Of a stretch of DNA of 64,000 nt, positions 12,035 through 25,846 are shown piece after piece. Origin of the DNA: Octopus sinensis (taxonomy: Eukaryota); contig NC_043001.1 in NCBI RefSeq assembly GCF_006345805.1, forward strand, positions 51,646,001 to 51,710,000, in the 5' to 3' direction. The notes beneath the pieces are model-generated. The model was not told the origin of the DNA, searched no databases, and was given only the letters and a program-made list of their open reading frames with translations. Positions within the stretch are counted from its first letter, which is position 1, and each line of letters opens with the position of its first letter. The position numbers and the translations under genes are program-made.

Positions 12035-12102
12035 CATTAATAGCCGACGAGAATGGATCGTAGCTCTTCGCTCCGACATTCGAAACTCCGAGTACCATAA
12101 TG
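12035..12102 (+). ncRNA. degenerate type I hammerhead-like motif (core CCGACGA, i.e. U4C)
   Basis: ccgacga, stem II gaatg/cattc, GAAA, near-palindrome ACTCCGAGT, GUA site, imperfect stem I cattaatag/ccataatg. Confidence 0.45.
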
Positions 12103-12869
12103 ACGACTTACTGATTGTCCTAAATTATACATACATACATGTGTGTGTGTGTGTTTGTGTCTATGAATTTGTATTGCAAGATTCCTGATGTGAAGTCGTG
12201 TATTGGAACAGATATTGCTGTATATCGGGACGGTCATTTTTTATTTTTTTGCCAAATTAACACGCGCACTGTATATTTGTTCTCCACTCGTTTATTATTG
12301 TTCTTATTCTATCTCATGACCATTGTCCGGAAATCTTTCGTCACGCATTTGTGATCTCTGCAGCGACAGTTTCCGTCTTAGTGGATGCCCTTGCTCCGCT
12401 TATTCAATTCTGTTCTTCTATGATGTGTATCCTTATGTGAGCATGCGTCTGTGTTTGGGTGTGTGTACATAGTTCTTAGTAGCACTATAACCTTCCCCTA
12501 CCCCGTTGCCGCTGTCCTTAAACACGACTTTATGTACCGTTCTTGTAACTCCCTGTGTTTGTGTGTCGCCAACGCTGCTGCCATCCTGGTAGTTGTTGCT
12601 GCTGTTGTTGTTGATATTGTTACGGGTCTCTGTGAAGTTACCGTATATGTGCTTGTATATGTATATGGATTCGCTTCGTGTGTTGTGTGTATCCGTGCCC
12701 TTAATGCAGTTTTTTGTTAATGTCTCTAATTTCTTTTAATATTTATCATGGGTATGTGTATATATGTCTATTGTATGTGTATTACGCAGTTTGTATGTTT
12801 TTTCTTTTTTCCCTCTTTTTCTCCCTTCAGTCTCTAGTCATCATGTTGTGTGGTGTGGTGGTGGGTTTT

Positions 12870-13740
12870 ATTGTTCTATTCGTGTTTTCTGTTGAGGCTC
12901 GGTTTCTCTATTGCTATATGTGTAGCCTCTGTGATCTCCCTAAGTGTCATGTCAGTTCTATGCGTTGATAATACTTTCACTTTGCTATTGACTGAGCCTC
13001 TATGTTCTACTTCAGCATGTTAGTAGAGCACTGACGAGCCTTTCTCTTTTTTTGCGCTCTCTCCAGTGTCCACCTATATGCTCTCCTATGCTGTGTGCTG
13101 TCTCTCCAATGTAAGTAGTTACCATGCTTCTGCACCGTCCCTCAGTACATCGTAAGTTATACACTATATTCTTAACCGTACACTTAACCTGTAAGTTCAT
13201 CCTACATACATTACAACTGTACTCCGCACATGGGGACCTATCGAACGGGAGGGTTCTACAGATCAGAGATTTTATAGAAGCACCAGACATTTCTACTATT
13301 TTAATTCGTAGATTGGCCTTAGTTAATGCGCTTCTAAAAAGGTATGCTCGTTCGCCGCCAGAGGTAGCATCAACGAACATGACACTCTTTAATTTTTTGT
13401 TATCATACCGTGAGTTGGACTTATCTATCACATTTCTATCATATCTATCATATTTGAAAGGATTTACTATATACCGCATGCTCACACGGACACCGGCTTT
13501 CTGACTGACTTTGGAGTACCTAATTCACGGAATTCTTTCTACCATCGGATTACATTACCTTGTTCATTCGGAATACGCCATTTCTACACCTTGATTGTGA
13601 ATCATATAGTAATATAAGGATTCAAATAGAATCAGGTACTTGAAGAGATATACACCAGGTAAGGTTGGATAGTCTCTGTGGTTCCGGCTTATGGTTGGTG
13701 AGTATCAAATAAGATATTTCGGTTGTGTACACAGAAATTC
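12870..13740 (-). mobile_element. Penelope-like element (Neptune-like) GIY-YIG region, decayed
   Basis: Cys-rich linker CAEYSCNVC, NIVYNLRC..YIGETAHSIGEH, and downstream LREITEATHIAIEKPSLNRKHE in a shifted frame. Confidence 0.8.
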
Positions 13741-14704
13741 AACCTTGTTAGTATTTACGGGGACGTAAAAATACTAACACCTGTTGTCAAGCGGCGGTGG
13801 GAGACAAACACGCGCGCGCGACAGGCTTCTTGCATTTCCGTCTACCAAATCCACTCACAAGTCTTTGGTCGGCCCGAGGTTATTACAGAAAACACTTGAA
13901 GCCGAATTACAGTGGGACTGAAACAGGAATCACCTGTTCAGTAAACAAGTTTATTACTACACAACTGTGCCTAAGTTCTTGAATTTTTTCATTCAATTTT
14001 CATCTTATAAGCGCTATACCGTATACACGGCATAGTATAATATTTTCCGAATTTTTAGCGGATTCATAAATATCAAACAGACCCTGTTTTTGAAGTGCAT
14101 TGATTTGAATCTGTTAAAAACAATTTAGCTCTTTACTTTCCATTGTTTATTGTATATTTTCAGTATTTTCTCAGACTGTCTCCAGAAACCTTGGGCACCG
14201 TCGGTTCCAAGCTTCCCAATGAATTTGTCCAGTACTGTGATAATAACAGAAAAATATTTTCAAAATATTCATTAAAAAAATATTGCCACTTACATCAAAC
14301 GGGAAATAACTCAAACTCAGAGGATTTGAGTTATTTCCCCTAAATTTCAATTAGCTGTAAAAATTTATGCACTTAAATTTATTTTTGAAGGTAGTGGGTG
14401 GTCAAGAAAGAAAATTTTTTATTTCTTTCTTATTCATAATTAAAAAGAAATGGCACTCCGTCGCTTACGACGGCGAGTGTTCAGTTGATCCAATCAACGG
14501 AACAGCTTACGAAAGTGGCTGAGTACTCGACAGAGCCGCTTATCCTTAACGTAGACCGCAAGAAAATCCAGCGTAAGACAGAATGCTGACTCCTTTGAAT
14601 TACATACTTTTTTTTACCCAACGAATAGACATAAATATCAATGTTACCTGATGCGGAATTGTAAAAGAATACAAACATAAAAAATATTGTAAAGAATTAC
14701 TAGT

Positions 14705-14985
14705 TTTGAATAGGAGTTCGATTCCCGGGGCGCGTTGTGTTCTTGATCAAGACACTTTATTTCACGTTGCTCTATTTCATTCAGCCGTAGAAATGAGTTG
14801 CGACGTCACTGGTGCCAAGCTGCATCAGCTTTTGTCTTCCCCTTGGATAACATCGGTGGGGAGGCTAGTATGCATGGGCGACTGCTGGACTTCCATAAAC
14901 AACCTTGCTTGGATTTGTGCCTCGGAGGGTAACTTTCTAGATGCAATCCTCAGGTCTTTCATGACCGAAAAGGCTCTTTACCCAT
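14705..14985 (+). mobile_element. tRNA-headed SINE (family A), 5'-eroded
   Basis: gagttcgattccc B-box; body colinear with 7191-7527. Confidence 0.85.
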
Positions 14986-15385
14986 TTAAGAGCAAATATA
15001 CATGGATTCATTTAATACAACAAAGCCAATGATAATATCAGATGAACTTTTCATTTATAATTCACATTTCATAACACTCTTAATATATTCTTTTAAAAAA
15101 TCCAGCTCGATTATATCTGGTAATCTAACTGAGTCTAGTACTGACAAACATATTGTGTATTGCTTGACTTTACTGATATTTTGAGCAAATTCACTAATGC
15201 GGGAATTCCTACGAAGCTCTTAAATAAATACGGATTGCCAAGGAAGAAACAATATACAAATATACTTATACACCTACATATAATGAGCATAAGCTTATGC
15301 TTACGTAGACCCATAAACATATATCGGCTAATGTGGTGAGGGGGAAAGGTAAACGATTAGACAATGCAGGACAAGGATACTGCCT

Positions 15386-15469
15386 AATTGACTGCTATGT
15401 TAGTGACTACAATCATACTATAAGGTGGATTAAACCATAAGATTTTCCTCTGTTTGTGACTTCTTGTAC

Positions 15470-15528
<59 letters not shown>

Positions 15529-16022
15529 AAATGAGATAGGGGTTGAAAATTCAACCCACCATGGGATAACATATATCCAATATACTGCTAGATAGGTACC
15601 CAACAAGACTAATACATAGATGTTAAAAATTGCCAAACAATCAGTTCATCTATTGTATTATATGGGTAAAGGTAATAATATTACCGTAAATTAATACTAC
15701 AAAATTAGAAAATGGAGAAACATACTTAAATCAATAAATATCAACTATCAGATGATACCCAATCATACTTTATTACACACCATTACATATCAGTAAAGGC
15801 ATTATACAAAATATACAGTAAATGTAAATAGACAAAGAGATATAAGTATAAAATTTCAAATATAATATGTAATTAAATCAAATCTGACAGCTGTTTCGGC
15901 AGCGAGGGCAGTCATACCTCATTTAACCTATAAGCCATAAAGGCAGGTATAAATGAGGCATTAACAAGGATGCCCCACGGCCTCTTCAGAGAATTAAATT
16001 TGTTATAATTGTGAAAAAAATT
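15386..16022 (-). mobile_element. Penelope-like remnant: hammerhead-bearing terminal repeat, (TA)n, then a short ORF fragment
   Basis: 15386-15470(-) reads TRSHKQRKILWFNPPYSMIVVTNI, a linker motif I associate with Naiad/Chlamys-type PLEs (inference). Hammerhead at 15875-16001. Confidence 0.6.
15875..16001 (-). ncRNA. type I hammerhead ribozyme, catalytic core intact, long stem II
   Basis: Minus strand: aattct-CUGAAGA-ggc...gcc-GAAA-CAGCUG-UC^agauuug. Palindromic stem III ACAGCUGU; stem II extension gcctcattta/taaatgaggt. Confidence 0.8.
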
Positions 16023-16027
16023 ATTTA

Positions 16028-16045
16028 ATATATATATATATATAT

Positions 16046-16096
<51 letters not shown>

Positions 16097-16120
16097 AACA
16101 GCTATATATATTATAATATT

Positions 16121-16188
<68 letters not shown>
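16028..16188. repeat. (TA)n(GA)n(GATA)n compound microsatellite
   Basis: Directly visible. Confidence 0.9.
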
Positions 16189-16189
<1 letters not shown>

Positions 16190-16723
16190 GAGCCTACGTA
16201 TATGTATCCATACATGTGCGCACGCGCGCACGCGCGCACACACAACATGGATTTTCTTTAATAGACTGTTTATTGGGAAAAAGTTTATTGAAATAATTTT
16301 TACGTAGCGCTTTGTCGTGAAAGAATTTTTTAAAAATCTATTTACATCGATCTACTTTTTATCGAGACGACATTTCATCAAAACTACTTTTCATAGAATA
16401 ATTTTCTAATATATATTTCATTTTTTTAAAATACCTTTAGATACGTAAAATTTTAAATATAGAATAATTTTTAATTTAAAATGAATATAATACTTCCAGC
16501 CAAACATATAATTTTAAAATCAGTAATGGACCTCTAAAAATTTCTGCTTGCTTCACTTAGAAAGTAATGTGTATTAGATTATGACTTTGATCATTAACGG
16601 TATGGTATTCAGTTGTCATGTTATTTTGTCGTTTGTTCAGGACACCGCGATGCTTATTTTGGACCGTTACCTAATATATATCTGCACGTATGTTTTTCAT
16701 TGAGCTGTACTTAAGTTCTTAAA

Positions 16724-16754
<31 letters not shown>

Positions 16755-18458
16755 TGTATGTATGTATGTATGTATGTATGTATGTATGTATGTATGTATG
16801 TATGTATGTATCAGACGACTCGCCTTTGTTTCTGATTTTGTATATGTCCCATAGAAAATTTTAACTTCGCGCTTCTACTCTATTGCATAGGCGTTTGTTT
16901 TCATGGCATCGCTTCATTGCGGGGTTTGTTCTCATATCAAGACAGACTTTGGCTTTAATTTTCACCAATAGATGATTTTAATTCATGCGCATCCACGTGT
17001 TACCTCCAGTTAGTTCTCTCACATTATCAGAAGCCTAAGTTTTGAGTGATCCTTAAAGATCGTTGCAGTTGCGATTGGCCTTTTTACTCTACCATAATGC
17101 AAGGTGAATACGATTCTCTCTTTGATGCATTTCCCTCTGAATTGCTCTTATTTCTCTCTTACATATTATCTAACGACACAGATAAAGAGAGTTCTAGGTT
17201 TGCATAGCTATTGCATGATGTTCGATTATGTAGCCTTCGGAACACCATCATCAACTTTCATTCATAGACTGTCACACATATCAAAATTCTAATAGCCACA
17301 TGTTTACGGGGTACTTTTCTGTCGTAAACACATATAATGAAAAACAAAATCTGCTTTCATACACTACTATAAACTTCCTTTTATAGACGAACACACTGTT
17401 GTTTCTGATTTAGACAGACACAAGGTCAATAAATTTGAAGTGAGGTTACTAGACGATATTATCAACCCCTGTATAGTAATTTATTTTATATACCTCCAAA
17501 GAAAGAAAAACAAAATTGACCTTGACAAGATTTGAACTTAAATACTGCAATATTTCCGACGCTGTAATGACTCTGCTAGCTCACAGGCTAATACACGCAC
17601 ATAAAGTAAAGGACATGTTCTCCCAAACATACATATTGAGAAACTTTCCTTACACCCACACACAATAAATAACACATAATGACTACAATATTGCCTCATA
17701 GATACATACAGGATGTCACATGTGCACTAAAAGAAACACACATGTCCTTGCATATTACTAGTGATGCAATTTAACTCAATTTGATGAAAAGTGGTTTTCG
17801 CTCGCAAACACTAAGAGGTCAAATAATTGTTTAAAACGTCTATTTTGTAGATAATTTTGGTGAACATTGAACTCTAGCCAGCATAGAATATCGAATTCCA
17901 TTCATATTAATCTTTTCCTATCATGAAGAAGAATTGTATTTTAACTTCTCAAACTTTTCTCATGATATTTCTTTTGTTGCTGTTGTAATGTGTTTCACTA
18001 AAGAATTTTAACTGAACACGTTTTTGTTATACAGTGCACCTTCCATAATAATTTTACTTTTATTCGCTGCCTATCATCTATCACGACTGACTTGTTTTTG
18101 TTTGAAAGAACAAAATATCGAACACCTTGATCTTACATCAGAATCTTCGCCTTTCTACTGTCCATTTCTGAATAACCCACCGTGTAACCGGCCATTTAAG
18201 TAATTCTTTCCTAGTGTTTCATGCGGTAGTCGGGTTAAATTATATTACACACACACACACACGTTAGTCACCGAATGTGTATGCATATACATATGTAAAA
18301 TATATATGTAATATGCGTATGCGTATGCATATGTAATGTGGAATATACAAAATGAAATCACAAAATGAAATTACGTTTTCTGAAGCAACAGCGCTCAAAT
18401 TTCAATATATATGTATATGTACATATATATATATATATATAAATATATATATATATAA

Positions 18459-18535
<77 letters not shown>

Positions 18536-18540
18536 TATAC

Positions 18541-18918
18541 ATAGGCGCAGGAGTGGCTGTGTGGTAAGTAGCTAGTTTACCAACCACATGGTTCCGGGTT
18601 CAGTCCCACTGCGTGGCATCTTGGGCAAGTGTCTTCTGCTATAGCCCCGGCCGACCAATGCCTTGTGAATGGATTTGGTAGACGGAAACTGAAGAAGCCG
18701 TCGTATATATGTATATATATATATATATGTGTGTGTGTGTTGTGTTTCTGTGTTTGTCCCCTGCATTGCTTTACAAACCGTTACTTAGCGGTTCGCAAAA
18801 GAGACCGATAGAATAAGTACTGGGCTTACAAAAGAATAAGTCCCGGGGTCAAGTTGCTCGATTAAAGGCGGTGCTCCAGCATGGCCGCAGTCAAATGACT
18901 GAAACAAGTAAAAGAGTA
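18541..18918 (+). mobile_element. tRNA-headed SINE (family B), full length, CpG-rich
   Basis: Head ataggcgcaggagtggctgtgtggtaag..ggttcagtccc, internal (TA)/(TG) tract, tail gactgaaacaagtaaaaga. Homologues at 22340, 45120, 47085, 48590, 49296(-), 55406(-) and 63606(-). Confidence 0.9.
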
Positions 18919-19429
18919 TATATTATATATATATATATATTATATATATATATATATAATGTGTGTATAAAAACTATACACGAAGGGAAAAACCACTAGG
19001 TGGTTTTCCAACACGCTAGAAATAAGAGTTAAATCCCAAACCACGCAAATTCTTATTTTAGCATGCTGAATGTAGGCGGGCAGGACAATTTGAGAGGATT
19101 TAAAAATTATTAGTCATTCCTGTACTTCGAAGTTTCGCCCTTAACGATTAAATACACTAATCAATTAATTAATTAATTAATCAATCAATACATGAAACCA
19201 TCTATGGCTCTCAACGAGAATTGCTATGGACATATAATTATAAAACTCGAATGCATACCGTATCAGACAGGATACATTGCATAACGAGTTCTATCTTTAT
19301 ATATCGAGGAATTCAATTCAAATGTCCTACAAACAACGCGCCACAAGCTAGAGTAAAGCAACAGTGAATGAACATTCAGCAGTGAATATATATATATATA
19401 TATATATAATAGAGAGAGAGAGAGAGAGG

Positions 19430-19593
19430 GGAAGAGAAAGATGTCAAGGGAATTATCGGCTGAGGAGAGTTAGTGAGATCAGGCGTTACTTTTGGATCAA
19501 GTATTTCTAAGCGGGCAAACACTCCAGCTTCATCGAGAGGAAGGCGCGTTTTTATTTGAGAGCATAATTCTATTAAAAATTTTTGCAATCAGT

Positions 19594-19595
<2 letters not shown>
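19430..19595 (-). mobile_element. hAT-like transposase internal fragment, opposite orientation to the adjacent hAT
   Basis: KFLIELCSQIKTRLPLDEAGVFARLEILDP resembles the hAT mid/C-terminal region. Confidence 0.5.
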
Positions 19596-19805
<210 letters not shown>

Positions 19806-19829
19806 AGCGCACAGCTTAGTAGTTATGGG

Positions 19830-21395
19830 CAGGGATGTCACTGAATGGTTTTTCCACCCAGATCTGCGTTTTTGGGAGTAATGATGGATTTATTGGTTTT
19901 AATTTCCAAATTTACATTAAATCTGCATTTTAAAGTTAGTTTTGGCTACAAACTTATATTTTAAAGAGAATTTTGTGTCATACTCTTTGTATGCAATATG
20001 TACAAAAGTTGCACCTCTTCTAATACTTCGTAAACTTTCAATATATCATCCATAATCATCTCATGTAATGAATTTATCGATACAAATATTGTATGTGACG
20101 TAATTACCGTATACGTTCATTATTTGTTTATACTTGTATCATACCTATTTCTTTACTACCCACAAGGGGCTAAACACAGAGAGGACAAACAAGGACGGAC
20201 AAACGGATTAAGTCGATTATATCGACTCCAGTGCATAACTGGTACTTATTCAATCGACCCCGAAAGGATGAAAGGCAAAGTCGACCTCGGTGGAATTTGA
20301 ACTCAGAACGTAAAGACAGACGAACTGCCGCTAAGCATTTCGCCCGGCGTGCTAACAATTCTGCCTGTTCGCCGCCTACTTGTATCATACCGGGCAACTA
20401 CCAGTTACAACGCGTTGGTGGCCGCTTATACACTTGTCTGAAACTCTGACACCGCCAGTTAACAGCTTGATTGTGTCGATGGTGCACGCTTCGATTGTTA
20501 CTCGTGATTTAAAATTTGCTTAACAAGATTTTGAGTGTTCTTATTTTGTAACTCTTTGCGAAGTAATGGCAGGCAATAGTGTGTCCAAAAAGAGGAAGCG
20601 GTACACCCAAAATTTCAAGAAGTCGTAGTTGGAGGATGCTGAATTTAAAGATTGGTTATGGCAAGATGATAAAAATCCTGACACCCGCTACTGTTTGTTG
20701 CAACGCTGTGCTGAAAAATGCTAACAAATCAATGCTGTTAGCTCATAAAAACCCTGCCAAACACAAGAAAGCTTTTGATTGTGCGAAATCTGCTATTAAA
20801 TTCGATTCCTTTATTGTTAAAAAAACAAACAGATGATACATTAAATGAAAAAGTAGCTAAGGCAGACTTGCTACTAACAGGATATGCTGCTGAACATCAC
20901 ATACCTTTCATCCATATAAATAACTTAGCTGAAATTTGTAAAAAGGCTTTCCCGATTGTGAAATAGCTAAAAATCTACAAATGGAAAAAAAAGTTAACAT
21001 ACATTATGAACAAAATGAAAACTTGGAAATTCTCAAGAAACAAAAGTTTTCATTATTGATAGATGAGTGTACGGACATCTCAGTGACACAAATCTTAGCA
21101 ATAGTTGTTCGCTTTTTTGATGAACAATCGCTTAATGTCGAGGATGCTCTTCTGGATGCAATAGTAGTAGAAAATGGTTCGTCTGAGGGTTTGTACGATG
21201 CTGCCAAGTCTACGCTTACAAAAGAAGACATATCTATGAGCAACATACTTGGATTTGCCGACGATAATTACTCAACAATTGTGGGTAACAAGAACGGGTT
21301 TCAAAAGTTATTGAGAAGCGATATTCAGACTGTATTTACAATAGGCTGTGTTTGCTATTCGTTTGCACTTTGTTCAAGTCATGCAGTGAAGGTAT
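19830..21395 (+). mobile_element. hAT DNA transposon, 5' half, decayed; SINE inserted at 20150-20392
   Basis: CAGGGATGTCA TIR-like start; BED-like finger C.CCNAVLKNANKSMLLAHKNPAKHKK; FSLLIDECTDIS..LAIVVRF; GFADDNYSTIVG; GCVCYSFAL. Confidence 0.85.
20150..20392 (-). mobile_element. tRNA-headed SINE (family C), CpG-intact
   Basis: The reverse strand starts aggcggcg..gcagaattgttagcacgccgggcg..gagttcaaattcc. Homologues at 42300, 47690, 48310, 52628 (dimer), 55830 and 56575. Confidence 0.88.
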
Positions 21396-21438
21396 GTGTG
21401 TGAATGTGTGCGCAAACGTATGTGTACGTGTGCGTGTT

Positions 21439-21505
<67 letters not shown>

Positions 21506-21659
21506 ACGTGCATGCATGCATATGTGTATATGCTGAAATAAGGTTTTTCCTTTAAAGCATGTTAAAAGATAACAAGTGAACATTTGCTGATGCTAGCGTG
21601 CTCTATGTTGAAAACAGAGTCAAATCTCTATATATATATATATGTATGTATGTATATGC

Positions 21660-21710
<51 letters not shown>

Positions 21711-22296
21711 TATGTATGTATGTATGTATGTGTATATATTCTTTTATTCTTTTATTTGTTTTAGTCATTTGACTGTGGTCATACTGGAGCACCACCTTTA
21801 GTCGAACAAATCGACCTCAGGACTTATTCGTTGTAAGCCTAGAGTCAATATGATTTCAGAGGATTATGTGTGTATGTGTGTGTGTGAGTGAGTGTGTGAG
21901 TGTACGTGTGGTGTATTATGTGCATGTATACCGGCAAGAGATAAACTCTTCGGTTAGTGACAAATCTTTTTCTTTTTTCAATCTCCACAATTAAACAAAC
22001 AAGTAAAAACAATAATGAGAAAGTAAATAACAACAAATCTCGGCTTAGAACTCATCAACTTTAAACCTTTCTCAATCGATCATTGTTGACATGTATTCCA
22101 GCTACGACTATCATTTTCATACACAGTGTATCAAGGGTGATATTATCCAATGTGCCCTACTTTCTCTTCTTGAATTGAGATATAAGATATGACAGTCTGA
22201 TACACAAACACACACAGAGAATTGTGTGAGTGTATATGTGTGTCAGGCTGCCATTCTTAATATATTATCACTTAAATCTTATGCCTTAAATGCGAG

Positions 22297-22330
<34 letters not shown>

Positions 22331-22339
22331 ACACACATT

Positions 22340-22748
22340 TAGGTGCAAGCGTGACTGGGTGGTGTGTGATAGGAAGCTTGCTTCCGAACCACATGGTTCC
22401 GGGGTTAAGTCCCACTGCGTGGCACTTTGGGCAACTGTCTTCTACTATAGCCTCTGGCGTCCAAAGCCTTGTGAGTGGATTTGGTAGATGGAAACTGAAA
22501 GAAGCCCGTCGTATATGTATGTACGTATTATGTATGTATGTATCTGTGTTTGCCCTCCTACCATCGCTTGACAACCAATGACGGTATGTTTAGGTCCCCG
22601 CAACTTACAGGTTCGGCAAAAGAGAACGATGGAATAAGTACTAGGCTTACAACGAATAAGTCCTGAGGTCGATTTGTTCGACTAAAGGTGGTGCTCCAGT
22701 ATGACCACAGTCAAATGACTAAAACAAATAAAAGAATAAAAGAATATA
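22340..22748 (+). mobile_element. SINE family B
   Basis: Colinear with 18541-18918. Confidence 0.88.
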
Positions 22749-22773
22749 TACATATACATACACACACACGCAC

Positions 22774-22825
<52 letters not shown>

Positions 22826-22912
22826 GCATATACATACATACATATATATATATATATGCATACATACATATATATATATATATTATATATATATATATAT
22901 ATATGCATATAC

Positions 22913-22945
<33 letters not shown>

Positions 22946-22970
22946 ATATATATATGTATATATATATATA

Positions 22971-23462
22971 TACAAGGTCTGAGCAATAAGTATCCGAACT
23001 GTTGCTATAGTAACGATGCTAAAGCACGCAGATTGAAGCCGCACTAGGTTTCAACGTTCTAGCTCACTTCTGCTGTTTAGAGCAGTGCTTGTAAGGAAGG
23101 TGTGTAGTGTGTGATCGTCGCATTGACTATGGCATAGAAAGTGGTCATAGCGATACCTGCTCAAAGTTGCAGAAAGGTCTCCCAGGAGAGGAGTGCATAA
23201 GCCGCACACAAGTGTACGAGTGGTTCAGGCGTTTCCAGTGTGGCTGAAAAGTGTCGATATTGACAAACTTTCTGGGAGACCTCCAGCCAGCAGAACTGAG
23301 AAAAACATTACAGATGTGCGTGCAGCTGTGAGGGGAATCCATAAGTTATCAGAGGATGTGCAGATTAGTTACAGTTCAGTTTAGTCCATTATCATTGAAG
23401 ATTTGGGTATGAGACGCGTTTCAGCAAAGTATATGCCAAAACTGCTTTCAGATGACCAAAAA
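22971..23462 (+). mobile_element. mariner 5' remnant (TIR + N-terminal HTH region)
   Basis: TA-CAAGGTCTG TIR-like start; SRTQVYEWFRRF, GRPPASRTEKNITDVRAAV, IIIEDLGMRRVSAK..PKLLSDDQK across frameshifts. Confidence 0.85.
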
Positions 23463-23489
23463 TGACTGGAAAGTAATAACAGCCTTTGA

Positions 23490-24030
23490 GAAAGAGGGAA
23501 AAAACCTCCTAGTCGAAACAAAATTCCGGAAGAAAACCAAAACTTTCTGATAGGAATCGTCAGACTCTTACGCGAATTGCTAGAAGGGATCCCAAAATTA
23601 CTGCAGAGCTTACTGACCAACTCGAGAATCCAGTTTCCACAAAAACCGTTCGCGGGAGCTGCACAAAGCCAGATTTCATGGGAGGGCTTCAATCAGAAAA
23701 GCAATACTTTCAAAAACAAACGTTACAAAGCGTTCTGAGTGGAGCAAAACCTACAGAATTGGTCCCTAGAGCAGTGGAAGAATGATATTTTCTCGGACGA
23801 GTCATCTTTTACCTTATTTCCGAACACCGGCCGAGTATATGTGTGGAGACAGCCAAACGAAACATTTGACCTAGACTGACTTCTTCCAACTGTTAAACAT
23901 GGAGGTGGTTCTGTGATGATCTGGGGGTGGGGCTATATCTTGGTAATCCGCCGGCTCAATGGTTTCTCTTCGTGGAAGAATTAATAGTGAAGACTATTTA
24001 AACATTTTATCTAATCAAATTCTTCCTATG
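23490..24030 (+). mobile_element. Tc1-like transposase internal fragment
   Basis: KTVR.ELHKA.FHGRASIRK; WKNDIFSDESSFTLF..GRVYVWRQ; TVKHGGGSVMIWG; GRINSEDYLNIL. Confidence 0.85.
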
Positions 24031-24031
24031 A

Positions 24032-24433
24032 TTACGGAACTGTCACGTTATGTTTGTGCTCTTGTTCTTTCCTTCCTTTTCTTGTGGTAGCACTTGCATT
24101 CCTCTGGTTCTCCAATGGGGTGAGGACTCCGTTCCGTTGTAGAACCACTGCCACAGAGGGACTTCTGGTTGTTGCTTCCTTGGCTTCTCTATCCTTATCA
24201 GCCTGGTTGTTCACAGGGGTGATGGATCCATTCTTTTGGAGAATCACTGGATCAAAGAAGCTTCTGGTTTTTACTTCGATTTCCCTATCCTTATCAGCCT
24301 TGTCACAACAGTTTTCCATGATGATATCAAGAGTGTCACTGTGTGGTCTGATAAGAGCATAGGATCGGATGAAATCATTTTTCTTCTGCTCTATCTGATC
24401 AATGGTTCTACAGAAGCCATTGCTCTTCAGCAT
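24032..24433 (-). other. orphan ORF fragment with a diverged 32/33-aa tandem duplication
   Basis: ADKDREIEVKTRSFFDPVILQKNGSITPVNNQ / ADKDREAKEATTRSPSVAVVLQRNGVLTPLENQ. No recognisable family. Confidence 0.35.
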
Positions 24434-25005
24434 ATATATTCGTTTTCTCTCACATCCTTTCTCTAATTCTTTTTTCTCCCCTGCACCGTTTTCTATCTGT
24501 CTGTTTGTCTATCTCTTTCTCCTTTACACTCTCTCGTTGCTCACACGTAACCATCGTCCATCTTTCTTTTTCGCTCGTGATCATCTTTGTTTTCCTTTCA
24601 GTCTGTCGTCCAGACCAGACGCATTCTTATCTGTCTCCTCTTCTATCTTTTCTCTTGTCAAATACAATATTCCTCCAGCGTTCGCTACTTTACCTCGTCT
24701 GACCTAATGGCCCTCCGTGTTTGCTTTCGTTTGTTTTGTTGTATGTCTCCGCTGTCTTGTTTTTGTCACCAGCTTCTACCCTCCGCAAATCCGAAATTTT
24801 AGTTTGGTTCACGGGAGCAACTGCTTTTCGAAGTCTTATATTGTCGTTCCATGCTCAAAATGAGGAGTAGATAGACAACCAGCAACTGATGAAGGGTCGT
24901 TCTTTATGTAACTTGTCTTGTTTTCCATTTGTTTATCTCGTTTTTAGCATACCCAAATTTGTCCTCGTATTTCATGTTGTTTACGTCTTATGATGTCCTG
25001 TACCA

Positions 25006-25044
25006 TGTATGCATATATATATATATAATGATACGATATATATA

Positions 25045-25103
<59 letters not shown>

Positions 25104-25436
25104 GCATTATATTATATATATAATATATATATGATATTATATATAATTATATTATATAATATATATATGCATATATTATATATATATATATATATATGCA
25201 TTATATATATATATATATATATATATATGCATATATAGATATATATATATATATATATATATGCATATAATTATATATATATTATGCATATATATATATA
25301 TATATATATATGCATATATATATATATATATATATGCATATATATATATATATATATATGCATATATATATATATATATATAATAGCATATATATATATA
25401 TATATATATATGCATATATATATATATATATATATA

Positions 25437-25474
<38 letters not shown>

Positions 25475-25519
25475 TATATATATAATATATATATATATAT
25501 GCATATATATATATATATA

Positions 25520-25555
<36 letters not shown>

Positions 25556-25574
25556 ATATATATATATATATGCA

Positions 25575-25613
<39 letters not shown>

Positions 25614-25619
25614 TATATA

Positions 25620-25707
<88 letters not shown>

Positions 25708-25748
25708 GCATATATATATATAATATATATATATATATGCATATATAT

Positions 25749-25791
<43 letters not shown>

Positions 25792-25846
25792 CTAAATATA
25801 TATATATATATGCATATATATATATAATATATATATATTATATATA

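Noticed and set aside
16820-17300. Complex-looking sequence (also 7540-7900) as a decayed transposase or exon
   Set aside because: Stops in the frames examined and no motif I could support.
24780-24900. Type II hammerhead (tccGAAA ... CTGATGAaggg)
   Set aside because: The cleavage triplet would end in G and no stem I can be drawn; probably only a PLE-like terminal fragment.
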